A program made the translations under genes and the position numbers. From Cyanobacteriota bacterium (GTDB lineage: Bacteria; Cyanobacteriota; Cyanobacteriia; Cyanobacteriales; Nostocaceae): a DNA stretch of 64,000 nucleotides. Shown here in pieces: positions 31,832 to 43,200 of the stretch. Positions within the stretch are counted from its first letter, which is position 1. Each line of letters opens with the position of its first letter. The stretch is from NCBI GenBank assembly GCA_046045965.1, contig JBJOKS010000025.1:1-64000 (forward strand). The letters run 5' to 3'. The notes beneath the pieces were generated by a model. That model was not told the DNA's origin and searched no databases. It saw nothing but the letters and a program-made list of their open reading frames with translations.

Positions 31832-31872
31832 AAAAAGCCTTATTAACTAAATAAAGTCAATCAGGCTTTTTT
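31832..31872. terminator. Bidirectional terminator between arsC and the Rpn-like gene
   Basis: AAAAAGCCT..AGGCTTTTTT stem with tails on both sides. Confidence 0.55.
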
Positions 31873-31900
31873 TATTTAAATGTAATTAACAATCAAATCC

Positions 31901-32707
31901 TTATTTTTTTCTCTTTTCATCATTCTTGTTTGGCATTCCTTGTGCAATTTGTTGAACAGTTTCAACTGTTAAATTCAAAGCCTGAGCGATTTGTTCTACC
32001 GTCAAATTTAATGCTAACAATCTAGGTACAGATTCTAATTTTGCTTCCAAACTGCCTTCTTCTCTCCCTTCCTGATAAACCTTTGTTTGTTTCAAATCAC
32101 TTAGACTAAACATAGCTTCAATCTCCTTTCTACTCATGCGAGGAAACTTGTAAACCAAGATAGTTTCTACTAATTCTAATAACTGTCGCTGTTGTTCATT
32201 GCTGATTTCCTGCTTGGTTCTGTTGATTAACTCTTTAGCTGTGGTAATTGCTTTGTCTTCATCTTCGATGATTAATTTTATCGTAGCAATACCAATGGGT
32301 AAAGATGCACTTTCACCCAGTTCATCTAGATAAATTCGGCTGACACGCTGACTGGTGAAAAATTCATTGTAATGTTGGGTATTTGCTGTATCTAAACTGC
32401 GACTGGGATAAATAATAACCCCCCTCCAAGGATTTTGAGGTTGATATTGCCGTAGGTATAAAAAAACTTCCGAGAATAAACGGTAATAAATTCGCGCATC
32501 GTCTTGAAACTGCACTTCCACGAAATAAATCGGGTTTTGTGCATCTTGTGTTGGCAGAAAAACACCATCTATGCGAAAAGCAGTTTGTTTAATTTCAATA
32601 GATGAGAACTTATAAGCTGCTGCTGTTTGCGTTTTCTGACCAATTAATTCAAAAAATATACTCGGAAACTCTTGAAAAAGTCGGTAAAATATGCTGTCAG
32701 TTTTCAC
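31901..32707 (-). CDS. Rpn family/DUF2887 PD-(D/E)xK-like protein (GTG start)
   Basis: KTDSIFYRLFQ, FRIDGVF, YFVEVQFQ and LKQTKVYQEG motifs. The upstream extension in the ORF track runs through STRR-like DNA. Confidence 0.9.
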   Translation of the reverse strand: MKTDSIFYRLFQEFPSIFFELIGQKTQTAAAYKFSSIEIKQTAFRIDGVFLPTQDAQNPIYFVEVQFQDDARIYYRLFSEVFLYLRQYQPQNPWRGVIIYPSRSLDTANTQHYNEFFTSQRVSRIYLDELGESASLPIGIATIKLIIEDEDKAITTAKELINRTKQEISNEQQRQLLELVETILVYKFPRMSRKEIEAMFSLSDLKQTKVYQEGREEGSLEAKLESVPRLLALNLTVEQIAQALNLTVETVQQIAQGMPNKNDEKRKK

Positions 32708-32972
32708 TATGGATAATTCAGATTTGGGAAATTGCCACTGGGAAAATTTTACTTTTGCTATTGCTGATTTACCATCATTATTTATTCTCTTCCCAGTCAC
32801 CAATCACCAGTCCCCAATCCCCATTATCTCATTTTGACGGCAAATACGACTTAGAAATTACGGTTCACACCAATTCGTGAACGTATTATTTCTCATACAT
32901 TAGTCAGAGTGACAACAGTTCAATCTATGAACCAACTAAAAACAACCTATAAAATTAACCGTCCCATCCAAG

Positions 32973-32988
32973 GTTCGGGAAACCACCC
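32973..32988 (+). promoter_or_regulatory. K-box-like element upstream of dnaK
   Basis: GTTCGG-GAAA-CCACCC against the K-box consensus GTTCGG-NNAN-CCNNAC of cyanobacterial groESL/dnaK2, one mismatch. Confidence 0.65.
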
Positions 32989-33156
32989 TTCATGGACGGG
33001 CTACACAAGTTCAGTATATATATCAGCATAACTTGCGGTTTCAACCATAGACCAGCCAACCCATGCTAGACTGACTGCTTTGTGAAATCAGTTGGTTCAA
33101 ACATTTAGTCCTTTATAATCCCATTCATTTGTAGTTATACGGAGCCAGCACTTAAA

Positions 33157-35061
33157 ATGGCAAAAGTAGTAGGAATTGACTTAGGTACAACCAACTCTTG
33201 CGTAGCAGTAATGGAAGGTGGTAAACCCACTGTAATTGCTAACGCCGAAGGTTTTCGGACAACGCCATCAGTGGTGGCATTTGCGAAAAATGGCGATAAT
33301 TTAGTGGGTCAAATCGCTAAACGCCAAGCGGTAATGAACCCCGAAAACACCTTTTACTCAGTTAAACGGTTTATCGGTCGCCGCTTCGACGAAGTTACCA
33401 AGGAAACCACTGAGGTATCTTATAAAGTTCTCAGCAGTGGCGGTAACGTCAAGCTAGACTCTCCAGGCGCTGGTAAGCAGTTTTCTCCAGAAGAAATTTC
33501 TGCCAAAGTCCTCCGCAAACTGGTAGAAGACGCGAGTAAATATCTGGGTGAAACCGTTACCCAAGCCGTAATTACCGTTCCTGCCTACTTCAACGACTCC
33601 CAACGCCAAGCCACAAAAGACGCTGGTAAAATTGCCGGGATTGAAGTTCTACGTATTATCAACGAACCAACCGCAGCTTCTTTAGCTTATGGTTTTGATA
33701 AAAAGAGCAACGAAACCATCCTCGTATTTGACTTGGGTGGTGGTACATTCGACGTATCTGTATTAGAAGTTGGTGACGGTGTATTTGAAGTATTAGCTAC
33801 CTCTGGTGATACCCACCTTGGTGGTGACGACTTCGATAAAAAAATCGTTGACTTTTTAGCTGAACAATTCAAAAAAGCAGAAGGCATTGACCTCCGCAAA
33901 GATAAACAAGCTTTACAACGTCTGACTGAAGCTGCGGAAAAAGCCAAAATTGAACTTTCTAGCGTTACTCAAGCGGAAATTAACCTTCCCTTCATTACCG
34001 CTACCCAGGATGGTCCAAAACACCTGGATACGACTTTAACTCGTGCTACATTTGAAGAACTTTGTTCTGATTTAATTGACCGTTGCCGCATCCCTGTAGA
34101 AAATGCTCTTAGAGATGCCAAATTAAACAAGAGCAATATTGATGAAGTTGTATTAGTTGGTGGTTCTACCCGTATTCCCGCAGTTCAGGATGTTGTGAAG
34201 CGGGTACTGGGTAAAGACCCTAACCAGAGCGTTAACCCTGATGAAGTTGTAGCTGTGGGTGCAGCAATTCAAGCGGGTGTATTAGCTGGTGACGTTACAG
34301 GTATCTTGTTGTTAGACGTATCACCTCTATCCTTGGGTGTAGAAACCTTGGGTGGTGTAATGACTAAGATTATTCCTCGTAACACCACAATTCCTACCAA
34401 AAAATCAGAAGTCTTCTCGACTGCTGTTGATGGTCAAACCAATGTAGAAATTCATGTTCTCCAAGGGGAACGGGAATTTGCTAACGATAATAAGAGTTTG
34501 GGAACCTTCCGTTTAGATGGTATTCCTCCTGCACCTCGTGGCGTTCCTCAAATTGAAGTGACTTTTGATATTGACGCTAACGGTATCCTCAACGTTACCG
34601 CTAAGGACAAAGGTACTGGTAAAGAACAATCTATCAGCATTACTGGCGCTTCTACCTTGGATAAATCCGATGTTGACCGGATGGTAAGAGAAGCTGAACA
34701 AAACGCCAATACTGATAAAGAAAAGCGGGAAAAAATTGAACGCAAAAACCAAGCTGACTCTTTAGCATACCAAGCTGAAAAGCAACTGCAAGAATTAGGC
34801 GATAAAGTTCCCGAAGCTGACAAAACCAAAGTTGAAGGTTTGGTAAAAGAGCTGCGGGAAGCGGTTGCAAAAGATGATGATGAGCAAATCAAGAAACTGA
34901 CACCAGAATTGCAACAAGCATTGTTTGCAGTAGGTAGCAATATCTATCAACAAGCTGGTGGTGCTGCTCCTGGTGCTGAACCTCAAGATGGTGGTGCTAC
35001 TCCTCCTCCCTCTGGTGGTGGTGATGATGTAATTGATGCTGATTTTACTGAGAGTAAATAA
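33157..35061 (+). CDS. dnaK: Chaperone DnaK (DnaK2-type)
   Basis: [17 protein letters not shown] and C-terminal DDVIDADF motifs. Confidence 0.99.
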   Translation: MAKVVGIDLGTTNSCVAVMEGGKPTVIANAEGFRTTPSVVAFAKNGDNLVGQIAKRQAVMNPENTFYSVKRFIGRRFDEVTKETTEVSYKVLSSGGNVKLDSPGAGKQFSPEEISAKVLRKLVEDASKYLGETVTQAVITVPAYFNDSQRQATKDAGKIAGIEVLRIINEPTAASLAYGFDKKSNETILVFDLGGGTFDVSVLEVGDGVFEVLATSGDTHLGGDDFDKKIVDFLAEQFKKAEGIDLRKDKQALQRLTEAAEKAKIELSSVTQAEINLPFITATQDGPKHLDTTLTRATFEELCSDLIDRCRIPVENALRDAKLNKSNIDEVVLVGGSTRIPAVQDVVKRVLGKDPNQSVNPDEVVAVGAAIQAGVLAGDVTGILLLDVSPLSLGVETLGGVMTKIIPRNTTIPTKKSEVFSTAVDGQTNVEIHVLQGEREFANDNKSLGTFRLDGIPPAPRGVPQIEVTFDIDANGILNVTAKDKGTGKEQSISITGASTLDKSDVDRMVREAEQNANTDKEKREKIERKNQADSLAYQAEKQLQELGDKVPEADKTKVEGLVKELREAVAKDDDEQIKKLTPELQQALFAVGSNIYQQAGGAAPGAEPQDGGATPPPSGGGDDVIDADFTESK

Positions 35062-35152
35062 GGAGTCAGGAGTCAGGAGTTAGGAGTCGGGAGAAAGAAG
35101 AATAAAGAACTAATATAATTTTTCTCCCCCTGCTTCCCCTGCTCCCCCTGCT

Positions 35153-36208
35153 TCAAACTATTGCTAGGTTTGCGGGTTCATCTTCTTCTATTTCATAACC
35201 GGAAGATAATTTTTCAATAGCTTTATCAATCAAATCTAAACCTTGTTGTACAGTTTCTACTAAACTTAATTGTCCGCGCAATTCTGCTGCACCCATGAAA
35301 CCTTTAGCATACCAGGTCATGTGTTTACGGGCTTGACGGACACCGCGATCGCCTTTATATTCCCATAAAGCATAAAGATGTTCTCTGGCACATTCCAGCC
35401 GTTGAATAGGAGTGGGATAGGGTAATAATTCCCCAGTTTTTAAGAAATGGTCAACTTCACCTACTAAAAACGGATAACCCAAAGTTCCGCGAGAACACAT
35501 CACCCCATCTGCACCGGTTTCTTCTAAACATCTCACCGCAGCTTCAACTGAGAAAATATCCCCATTACCTATTACGGGTATAGAAAGAACTTCTTTTACT
35601 CTTGCAATCCATTCCCAACGAGCGTTACCATTGTAACCTTGAGCGCGGGTACGTCCATGCACGGTGATCATTTTTGCCCCTGCATCTTCCATGCGTTTGG
35701 CAAAGTCCAGAATGGTAATTTCTTGATCATTCCAACCAATGCGGGTTTTGACTGTAACGGGGACATCAACAGCTTTTACCACTTCGCGCACAATAGCTTC
35801 TGCTATTTCCGGTTGTCTTAATAAGGAAGAACCACCACCATTTTTAGTGATTTTATTCACCGGACAACCCATATTAATATCAACAGTATCTGCACCTTCA
35901 GCAACTGCTTTCATTGCTGCTTCTGCCAAAAAATCGGGACGACAATCAAATAACTGAATACTAATAGGACGTTCGTTAGGGTCTACTTCCATAATTATGG
36001 GTAATTGCTTAACATAATGCAAACCCGTCGCATTTACCATTTCTGTATACATCATTGAATCTGGTGCATAACGACGCACTAAGCGCCGAAATACCAAATC
36101 TGTCACCCCCGATAAAGGAGATTGCAATACTCGGCTTTTGACTTCAAATGAGCCAATTTTTAGGGGTTGAGAAAGTCTAGCTTGGAGAGTGGGGGACAGG
36201 GAAAGCAT
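35153..36208 (-). CDS. dusB: tRNA dihydrouridine synthase
   Basis: DINMGCP, TVHGRT and GNGDI motifs. Confidence 0.95.
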   Translation of the reverse strand: MLSLSPTLQARLSQPLKIGSFEVKSRVLQSPLSGVTDLVFRRLVRRYAPDSMMYTEMVNATGLHYVKQLPIIMEVDPNERPISIQLFDCRPDFLAEAAMKAVAEGADTVDINMGCPVNKITKNGGGSSLLRQPEIAEAIVREVVKAVDVPVTVKTRIGWNDQEITILDFAKRMEDAGAKMITVHGRTRAQGYNGNARWEWIARVKEVLSIPVIGNGDIFSVEAAVRCLEETGADGVMCSRGTLGYPFLVGEVDHFLKTGELLPYPTPIQRLECAREHLYALWEYKGDRGVRQARKHMTWYAKGFMGAAELRGQLSLVETVQQGLDLIDKAIEKLSSGYEIEEDEPANLAIV

Positions 36209-36239
36209 ATAAATAATTCAATAAATTCAATCAAGTAAA

Positions 36240-39200
36240 TTACTTACATTCTAGCTGTAAGGCTGCTTCTACTTGTTTGTATTCTGTCATGGCTTGGGAT
36301 AATAATGATTTTGCATCTGTTAGATTATCATCACGTCCCAAATCTTCTAATTTTTTACAAATTTGCGATAAAGTCTTTGCACCAACAATAGCACTACTAG
36401 ATTTGAGAGCATGAGCTTCTAAATATACTCTCCCAGCATTTTCTTGACTAATGGCATCCTGAATTGATTGAAAACGTTGGGGTGTATCTTCCAGATAACA
36501 TTGGATAATGTCTATAAATTGATCTCTTTCATTACTGCAAATAATCTCTTTCAGTTCTACTAAAGTAGCAGTATCCAGTATATTATTAGGCATAATTTCA
36601 AAAATTTCAGTTTTACTCACATCCTGTTTTTGACAATTACTTAAAGCGTTAGTTAACTCCTCAATCCGAATGGGCTTTGTAGTGTAGTCATTCATACCCG
36701 CTTCCAGGCATTTTTCCCGATCTCCTTGCATAGCATTAGCTGTCATGGCAATAATCCAAGGACGGGAATATAATGGCCATTCTTTGCAAATTTGACGAGT
36801 TGCTGTCAAGCCATCCATTTCTGGCATTTGTAAGTCCATTAATATTACATCATAAGATTGCCTCCGCAAAGCCGTTAACACTTCTAAACCATTGGCTGCC
36901 ACATCAGCACGGTATCCCAGACGTTGTAAAATATTAATAGCAACTTTCTGATTGACTACATTATCTTCAGCCACAAGAATTTTTAAGGGAATTCTTGCAG
37001 CCATCTGGGAATCAAATTTTGAGGGTGTCAGATGTTCCACATTTTCTTTTTCTTTGGTGGTTTTCACCTGATGACTAAAAATGTTAATTAAAATATTTAC
37101 TAGATGGGATTTCTTAATAGGTTTAGTCAGAGAGGCTGCAAACTCTAAATTGAATTGCTGACAATTTTTATGGATCTGCGCGTTGCCCATTGATGTTAAC
37201 ATCACTAAAGGTAAGTGCTGGCAATTAGGCAGTTTGTTAATTTCATTTGCTAGAGTACAGCCATCCATTTCTGGCATTTGCATATCTAGAATAGCAATAT
37301 CAAATTTTTGTTTCTGAAGATATTTGAGTGCTTCTTGACCAGATTCAGCTAGTACAGTTACCATACCAATAGACTGACATTGTAGCATCAAGGCTTGGCG
37401 ATTGATAATATTATCATCAACTATGAGCAAACGTTTATTAGCAATTAACTGCTGGTTTTTATAATTATCTCTATTCTCTGTATCATTATCATTAACAAAT
37501 GTAGTGACAATGGTAAATATAAAGTTAGAGCCTTTACCAAATGTACTTTCAACCCACATTTTACCACCCATGAGTTCAGTCAGTCGCTTGCTAATTACTA
37601 ATCCTAATCCTGTACCACCATAATGACGAGTTGTGGAAGAGTCAACTTGACTAAATGGCTTAAAAAGTCTGTGCATTTTATCTTGAGGAATACCTATTCC
37701 TGTGTCTTGGACAGTAAATTTAATTTCATATAACTGATGATTTACTTGAGGAATAATTCCCGAACTTGACTGATTTTTTACTCTGCTTGTGACAAAAACA
37801 CTAACTTCACCAGAATTCGTGAATTTAATAGCGTTACTCAGTAAATTGACTAAAATTTGCCGTAATCTAGTGACATCCCCATTAATCAATTCGGATATTT
37901 TTGTATCCATTATATAAGCTATTTCTAAACCTTTTTCACTGGCTTTGGGAGCCACTAAATCCAGAGATTCTTCAATGCAATTCCTCAAGTTAAAAACTTG
38001 TTCCTCTATTTCTAACTTACCAGATTCAATTTTAGAGAAGTCAAGGATATCATTAATCAAAGTGAGCATAGAATCTCCACTATTGCGGATAATTTCTACA
38101 AACTCTTGCTGTTGTGGTGTCAGTGGAGTATCTAGTAACAAGCCAGTCATGCCAATTACTGCATTCATTGGGGTGCGAATTTCGTGACTCATGGTGGCGA
38201 GAAATTCGCTTTTAGTCCGGTTGGCAATTTCGGCTTCTTCTTTAGCTAATTTGAGTTGTTCTTCTGCTAGTTTTTTATCAGTAATATCTGTAATTATGCC
38301 TACAAGACGATAAGCTTGCCCTTGTTCATCACGAATACATTTTCCTTTGGCAGCTATCCAAATATAATTACCATTATGATGTTTAATTCGATGGGTATTT
38401 TGATAAATATCCGTTTTGCCTTCTAGATGCTCATAAATATCACTGAGTGCTGACTGAAGTTCATCTGGATGTACATTATCTGCCCAGGTAGAGTAAGTAT
38501 GAGGTAATGGTTCTTGCTCATATCCTAAAATTCTCATCCAAGCTGGTGAAAAATAAATTTCGTTGGTGATTAAGTTCCAATCCCAAATACCATCATTTGT
38601 ACCGGAAATCGCTAACTCATAACGTTCTTCCCGTTCACGCAAGGTTTTTTCAACTTTTTTTCGTCGCACAACCTCAGATGCTAATTCATCATTAATTTTC
38701 GATAGTTCTTGAGTGCGTGTTTCTACCCGTTCTTCAAGTTGATTGTTGGCATTTCTAATTTCTTGAAACATCTGGTTAAGAGCCAAGATCATAGATTTAA
38801 AATTACGACTGAGGGAGTCTATTTCTGCAATTGTACTATTATTAATAATAATATCTTCTTGTGCTAGAATTTTTTGGGGTAAATCAGTAGTAACTTGAGT
38901 TAATCTTAATAGAGGCTGTACTAATTTTCTACTCAGGATAACAGCAGCTACCAAAGCCATTATCGCAGTGACTAACATGATTGATAAATTTTTGATGTAA
39001 ATAGTACGAATATAATCTATTTTCGGTTTTGTTGGGATTTGGATAATTAATTTAAAGGGTAAATTTTTATCTAATGTAATGCTATGAGAATAAACAGATG
39101 TATCCCACCTCCTAATTAGTGGTATATCAGGTGAGTTTGATAACAAATGAACAACGTTATCACTGAGTTTGGTAATTTTTTTGTTTTGGTAACTGTCAAA

Positions 39201-40382
39201 AGGTTTTAGTATATTTTCTTCTGTTCCTAGATTAGAGGCTACTATCCGATTTCTATTATCTACAATGGTGATAGTAAAATCTTGACTAAGATTTGTTTGT
39301 GTGATTAATGTACTTAATTGATTTAAGTTGATTTCTCCAAATACTGCCCCCATAAATTGCTGGTCTTTAATAATTGGTAAACCTAATGTAAAACTTTTAT
39401 CTATACTATCTTCTTTAAGGGAAAAGGATATATTATTTTTATTGTCTACAGATTGATTTATTTTCAGTTCTTGAAAATCATGTCTTTGAGCAACATTTAA
39501 ATATTTATCCGCATTGATAGGTGATTCGATAATCATCTTACCCAAGCTATTAACTAGATAAATTTTACTGAATTCGGGAAATATTTGTTGAGTATTTTCT
39601 AGAATCTGCTTAATGTTACTATTGTCTGATAGTAAAGGTGAATTGTTACTAATGTTTTTTAAGATTGCCAGATGATTTTCTTGCCATAATTCAATATTAT
39701 TGTTTAAGGCAAATGATAAAGAAGTTAAATCTTTTACGACCTCTGTTTCAATTGTTTGAGCAGAACGAATTGCGTTGTTAATATTGATAAATAATACTGG
39801 GAAAAATACAAATGCGACTAATAAACTAAACAGGGATTGCTGCCAAGAAAGTGTATGTTTATGTTTTTTGTGATCTAACCATTTCTCTATAGGTAAGTAA
39901 TTAATAATTAAGCTGCAAACTAGAGCATTAAAAAAGCCATTAACAGCTTGTTTGACGACAATTAAAAATGTACCAATCATACTAACTTTCAATGCCACAC
40001 CATAAAATATAACCACCAGGGGCATACCTAATATAACCCAGTAAATACCATCTAATAAAAGTAGATTCTGACTTTTTCTGCGTAGTAGTAATCCTACAAA
40101 TACTGCTTCACAAGTAAAAATTACCATTGCATAGGGATGTGTCCACAGTAGGTAGGTATAACTGCTACTAATGATGGCTGCAATAGTACCCCAGAAAAAT
40201 CCATAAATAGCTACAATAATCAAAACAGCTATACTGCCAAATAGAAAGTCTACTCCAAAAAATAGTGTGACTTTAAAATAGTTGCCGAGATAACCAAGAA
40301 TAATTAACAAGACAAGCAGTAAAATTTGTTTTTGCTGGAGATATACTCCTGATATTTGTGATAATTTTTTTAGTATCTGCAT
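36240..40382 (-). CDS. Hybrid histidine kinase: multi-TM, Cache-like, HAMP, PAS, HisKA, HATPase, REC, REC, Hpt
   Basis: MSHEIRTPMN, GGTGLGL, two receiver domains and the Hpt motif AHALKSSS. Confidence 0.93.
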   Translation of the reverse strand: MQILKKLSQISGVYLQQKQILLLVLLIILGYLGNYFKVTLFFGVDFLFGSIAVLIIVAIYGFFWGTIAAIISSSYTYLLWTHPYAMVIFTCEAVFVGLLLRRKSQNLLLLDGIYWVILGMPLVVIFYGVALKVSMIGTFLIVVKQAVNGFFNALVCSLIINYLPIEKWLDHKKHKHTLSWQQSLFSLLVAFVFFPVLFININNAIRSAQTIETEVVKDLTSLSFALNNNIELWQENHLAILKNISNNSPLLSDNSNIKQILENTQQIFPEFSKIYLVNSLGKMIIESPINADKYLNVAQRHDFQELKINQSVDNKNNISFSLKEDSIDKSFTLGLPIIKDQQFMGAVFGEINLNQLSTLITQTNLSQDFTITIVDNRNRIVASNLGTEENILKPFDSYQNKKITKLSDNVVHLLSNSPDIPLIRRWDTSVYSHSITLDKNLPFKLIIQIPTKPKIDYIRTIYIKNLSIMLVTAIMALVAAVILSRKLVQPLLRLTQVTTDLPQKILAQEDIIINNSTIAEIDSLSRNFKSMILALNQMFQEIRNANNQLEERVETRTQELSKINDELASEVVRRKKVEKTLREREERYELAISGTNDGIWDWNLITNEIYFSPAWMRILGYEQEPLPHTYSTWADNVHPDELQSALSDIYEHLEGKTDIYQNTHRIKHHNGNYIWIAAKGKCIRDEQGQAYRLVGIITDITDKKLAEEQLKLAKEEAEIANRTKSEFLATMSHEIRTPMNAVIGMTGLLLDTPLTPQQQEFVEIIRNSGDSMLTLINDILDFSKIESGKLEIEEQVFNLRNCIEESLDLVAPKASEKGLEIAYIMDTKISELINGDVTRLRQILVNLLSNAIKFTNSGEVSVFVTSRVKNQSSSGIIPQVNHQLYEIKFTVQDTGIGIPQDKMHRLFKPFSQVDSSTTRHYGGTGLGLVISKRLTELMGGKMWVESTFGKGSNFIFTIVTTFVNDNDTENRDNYKNQQLIANKRLLIVDDNIINRQALMLQCQSIGMVTVLAESGQEALKYLQKQKFDIAILDMQMPEMDGCTLANEINKLPNCQHLPLVMLTSMGNAQIHKNCQQFNLEFAASLTKPIKKSHLVNILINIFSHQVKTTKEKENVEHLTPSKFDSQMAARIPLKILVAEDNVVNQKVAINILQRLGYRADVAANGLEVLTALRRQSYDVILMDLQMPEMDGLTATRQICKEWPLYSRPWIIAMTANAMQGDREKCLEAGMNDYTTKPIRIEELTNALSNCQKQDVSKTEIFEIMPNNILDTATLVELKEIICSNERDQFIDIIQCYLEDTPQRFQSIQDAISQENAGRVYLEAHALKSSSAIVGAKTLSQICKKLEDLGRDDNLTDAKSLLSQAMTEYKQVEAALQLECK

Positions 40383-40694
40383 ATTATTACTTCAGTCTTG
40401 TTAGAAGGATTTTGAATTTAGGATTTTTTAGATGAAATTTGCATCTGCAAATTAGTCTGGATAGTTTACTTTACTACAACAAAATCTAGTCATTCATGGT
40501 CAACTAACTACTTTTGTCCCAAGTACCCAAGTAACTGCACTGTTGACGCGGAGACAAACCTGTAAATTGCTGGACTTATCTTGCATAGATAACAACAGAC
40601 TTGTACAGCGATTCATCCAAAAAATTATTTTTATATAGAAAAATATACCAAATTTAGTAATTCTGACTAATCAAAATTATAGTTAAGATTTGTA

Positions 40695-41387
40695 TTATTC
40701 GATCACCGTAGATCCGAAACGATATCCTTTACCGTAAACAGTATGAATTAGGGTAGATTCATTACCTATCTCAATCTTACGACGTAACAGGCGAATTAAG
40801 GCAGCGATGACATTGCTTCCAGGCTGTTCGCCATCTGGCCACAAATGTTGCATAATTTGGCTGTGTGTCAGTAATTGTCCAGCATTTTCCATAAAATATT
40901 TGAGGAGCTGGCTTTCTTTTTGCGATAGCTCAATCATTCTCTCTTGACGATAAGCTATTTGATTTTCTACATCCAGTTCTAAGTCAGCTACCACCAATCG
41001 TCCTGTTGTGGTACTGTAGGACTCGACACCAGAACGACGTAACAAAGCACGGACTCTGGCTAGTAACTCCCGCAGTTCAAAGGGTTTGACTAAATAATCA
41101 TCTGCACCTGCATCTAAACCTTGCACACGGTCATCTAAAGTATCTTTAGCAGTGAGAAAAAGTACAGGGGTAGTTTTACCTTGAGTACGTAATTCTTGAC
41201 AAATTTGCAAGCCTGTTTTTCCTGGCAACATCCAATCTAAAATGAGTAAGTCATAGATTCCTGCTTGTGCAAGTTGGCTGCCGTTTGTTCCATGATATGC
41301 AGTATCTACAATATAACCCTCACGAGTTAACACGCGACTCAAGGGATCAGTGAGTTCAATTTCATCATCAACTAATAGAATTCTCAT
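40695..41387 (-). CDS. rppA: OmpR-family response regulator (RppA-like)
   Basis: [25 protein letters not shown] and [11 protein letters not shown] motifs. The symbol is from resemblance only. Confidence 0.75.
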   Translation of the reverse strand: MRILLVDDEIELTDPLSRVLTREGYIVDTAYHGTNGSQLAQAGIYDLLILDWMLPGKTGLQICQELRTQGKTTPVLFLTAKDTLDDRVQGLDAGADDYLVKPFELRELLARVRALLRRSGVESYSTTTGRLVVADLELDVENQIAYRQERMIELSQKESQLLKYFMENAGQLLTHSQIMQHLWPDGEQPGSNVIAALIRLLRRKIEIGNESTLIHTVYGKGYRFGSTVIE

Positions 41388-41438
41388 GCTGCTTGTGGTG
41401 AGATAATAAACCGCAAAGAACAAGACACAAAAAAAATA

Positions 41439-42071
41439 ATGCTGACTGTTGCACTACCAAAAGGGGAATTACTTAAAAATAGCATCCGCTTACTGCAATC
41501 TGCGGGATTAGATTTTAGTGGTTTTTTAGATTCTGGAAACCGCCAATTACAAATTCCTGATGCTAGTGGACAAGCGAAAGCTCTGTTAGTGAGAGCGCAG
41601 GATGTACCTGTTTATGTAGAATATGGTCAGGCACAATTGGGTATTGTCGGTTACGATGTGCTACAAGAAAAAAAGCCGCAGGTTGCACAATTAGTTGATT
41701 TGCAATTTGGTTATTGTCGGATGTCTGTGGCGGTAAAAGCTTCTAGTTCCTATAAATCACCTTTAGATTTACCTGCTCACGGTCGAGTTGCTTCTAAATA
41801 TGTCAATTGTGCGCGGGAATATTTCCAAAGCCTGGATTTACCTGTAGAAATAGTTCCTTTATATGGTTCGGTAGAACTAGGACCAATTACGGGTATGTCT
41901 GAAGCGATTGTTGATATAGTTTCTACAGGTAAGACTTTACGGGAAAATGGTTTGGTAGAAATTGCTACTTTATATGAAAGTACGGCGAGGTTAATTGTCC
42001 ATCCTTTGAGCTATCGTCTGAATATGGGTGATTTACATAAATTGGTGGAACACCTAAGAGCAGGAGTTTAA
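41439..42071 (+). CDS. hisG: ATP phosphoribosyltransferase (short form)
   Basis: TVALPKG, DVPVYVE, GSVELGP and [14 protein letters not shown] motifs. Confidence 0.97.
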   Translation: MLTVALPKGELLKNSIRLLQSAGLDFSGFLDSGNRQLQIPDASGQAKALLVRAQDVPVYVEYGQAQLGIVGYDVLQEKKPQVAQLVDLQFGYCRMSVAVKASSSYKSPLDLPAHGRVASKYVNCAREYFQSLDLPVEIVPLYGSVELGPITGMSEAIVDIVSTGKTLRENGLVEIATLYESTARLIVHPLSYRLNMGDLHKLVEHLRAGV

Positions 42072-42204
42072 CAGTTATCAGTTAACAGTTATCAAGTTTT
42101 CTGGTGCTGTTAACTGATTTAATACAACAGGAAAATATTTAGTTGGATAAAAATTGATTTAAATTGATTTTGAAGCGCAAGAATAGCAAAACAGGACCAA
42201 GAAA

Positions 42205-42420
42205 TTAGCGATCGCTAGAAATATGATCTACTACCTGAATACGACCTCTAACAACCCTCCTCAAGAGTCTGTTGAGTGCTTCTTCTTCTTCCTCATTCAA
42301 GAACTCATCCAAAATAGCTGCCATGAGTCCGTAGCGATCTGCTAAGGTCAAAAATCCACTATCAGCAGAAGAGGCAATAATTTCCGAAACAGCACCAGGA
42401 AGAATTTGGATGTGAGACAT
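42205..42420 (-). CDS. Small conserved cyanobacterial hypothetical protein
   Basis: 71 aa with an LTLADRYGLMAAILDE..NRLL..V.RGR motif and an AAGGA RBS. Confidence 0.75.
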   Translation of the reverse strand: MSHIQILPGAVSEIIASSADSGFLTLADRYGLMAAILDEFLNEEEEEALNRLLRRVVRGRIQVVDHISSDR

Positions 42421-42550
42421 GGGGGGTTGTCCTTGAACTTCATAAACTTAATATCCCCCGAAATCTATATCCGTTGAGTGATTGACTTAATCTATTACCT
42501 GTGAGAATAATCAATTGTTTTCGTGATTAAGGCAGCAGTAAATTTGTGAC

Positions 42551-43018
42551 TTACATCACAGATTGGGGAGAAAAATTAATTCTGACTCCTGACTCCTGAC
42601 TCCTGTCACAGCGATCGCACATTCCTTGAACTGTCACCTCGTAGGTTTCTCCACGCAAACCGGGACGGAGATTTTTCAGATTGATAAACTTGAATGTATC
42701 CCAGGCAATATCTTCAATAGCACCACAGCACTGACAGCAGAAATGGTGATGGGGTTGAACATTGGCATCATAACGAGATACCCCCTCTTGTAATAGCACC
42801 TCCCGTACCAGTCCTGCTTCTCTGAGTGCTTGCAGAGAACTATAAATGGTGGCTTGGGACGAAACAGGACAATCTTTATTTAAATCGGTCAATATTTGCT
42901 CAACGGTCGGGTGATCTGTGCGAGATAACAAATTTGCATAGACCGCAAACCGCTGAGGTGTCACCCTCAAACCCTTGGATTTTAAGGTTTGAATAATCGC
43001 GTTTGCTTGTTCCTGCAT
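42551..43018 (-). CDS. perR: Fur-family peroxide regulator (PerR-like)
   Basis: GLRVTPQR, HPT, HHHFCCQCCG and CDRC motifs; divergent from a peroxiredoxin gene. Confidence 0.85.
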   Translation of the reverse strand: MQEQANAIIQTLKSKGLRVTPQRFAVYANLLSRTDHPTVEQILTDLNKDCPVSSQATIYSSLQALREAGLVREVLLQEGVSRYDANVQPHHHFCCQCCGAIEDIAWDTFKFINLKNLRPGLRGETYEVTVQGMCDRCDRSQESGVRINFSPQSVM

Positions 43019-43137
43019 AGCTGTTGCTGTATTGATAGAGTTTTTACCCTTATTATAGTTTACCACATTAATGAATTAATAATATATGATTTTTTTTATA
43101 AAAAATAAGTATTTATAACTATTGAATATTTTCTAAA

Positions 43138-43152
43138 TAAGAATTATTCTGA
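43138..43152. promoter_or_regulatory. Per/Fur-box-like palindrome
   Basis: TAAGAATTATTCTGA with a perfect AGAAT-T-ATTCT core, downstream of TTGAAT in the perR/prx intergenic region. Confidence 0.55.
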
Positions 43153-43200
43153 GATAGAAAGCAAACACAATTTCACACATCAAAACATAAAGAGGTCAAT

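Noticed and set aside
31901..32707. Rpn/DUF2887 gene (and Uma2 at 26517) as transposases or a defence system
   Set aside because: Both are common multicopy cyanobacterial families, with no TIRs, target duplications or partner genes visible.
33687..34986. Antisense or alternative-frame ORFs inside dnaK, ilvD, glgA, gor and the ATPase genes
   Set aside because: Shadow ORFs of well-supported genes.
40500..40620. Riboswitch or ncRNA upstream of the hybrid kinase (also considered 9420-9540, 23895-23980 and 49260-49350)
   Set aside because: Some hairpins are present, but I recognise no conserved aptamer motif. An Infernal/Rfam scan would be needed.
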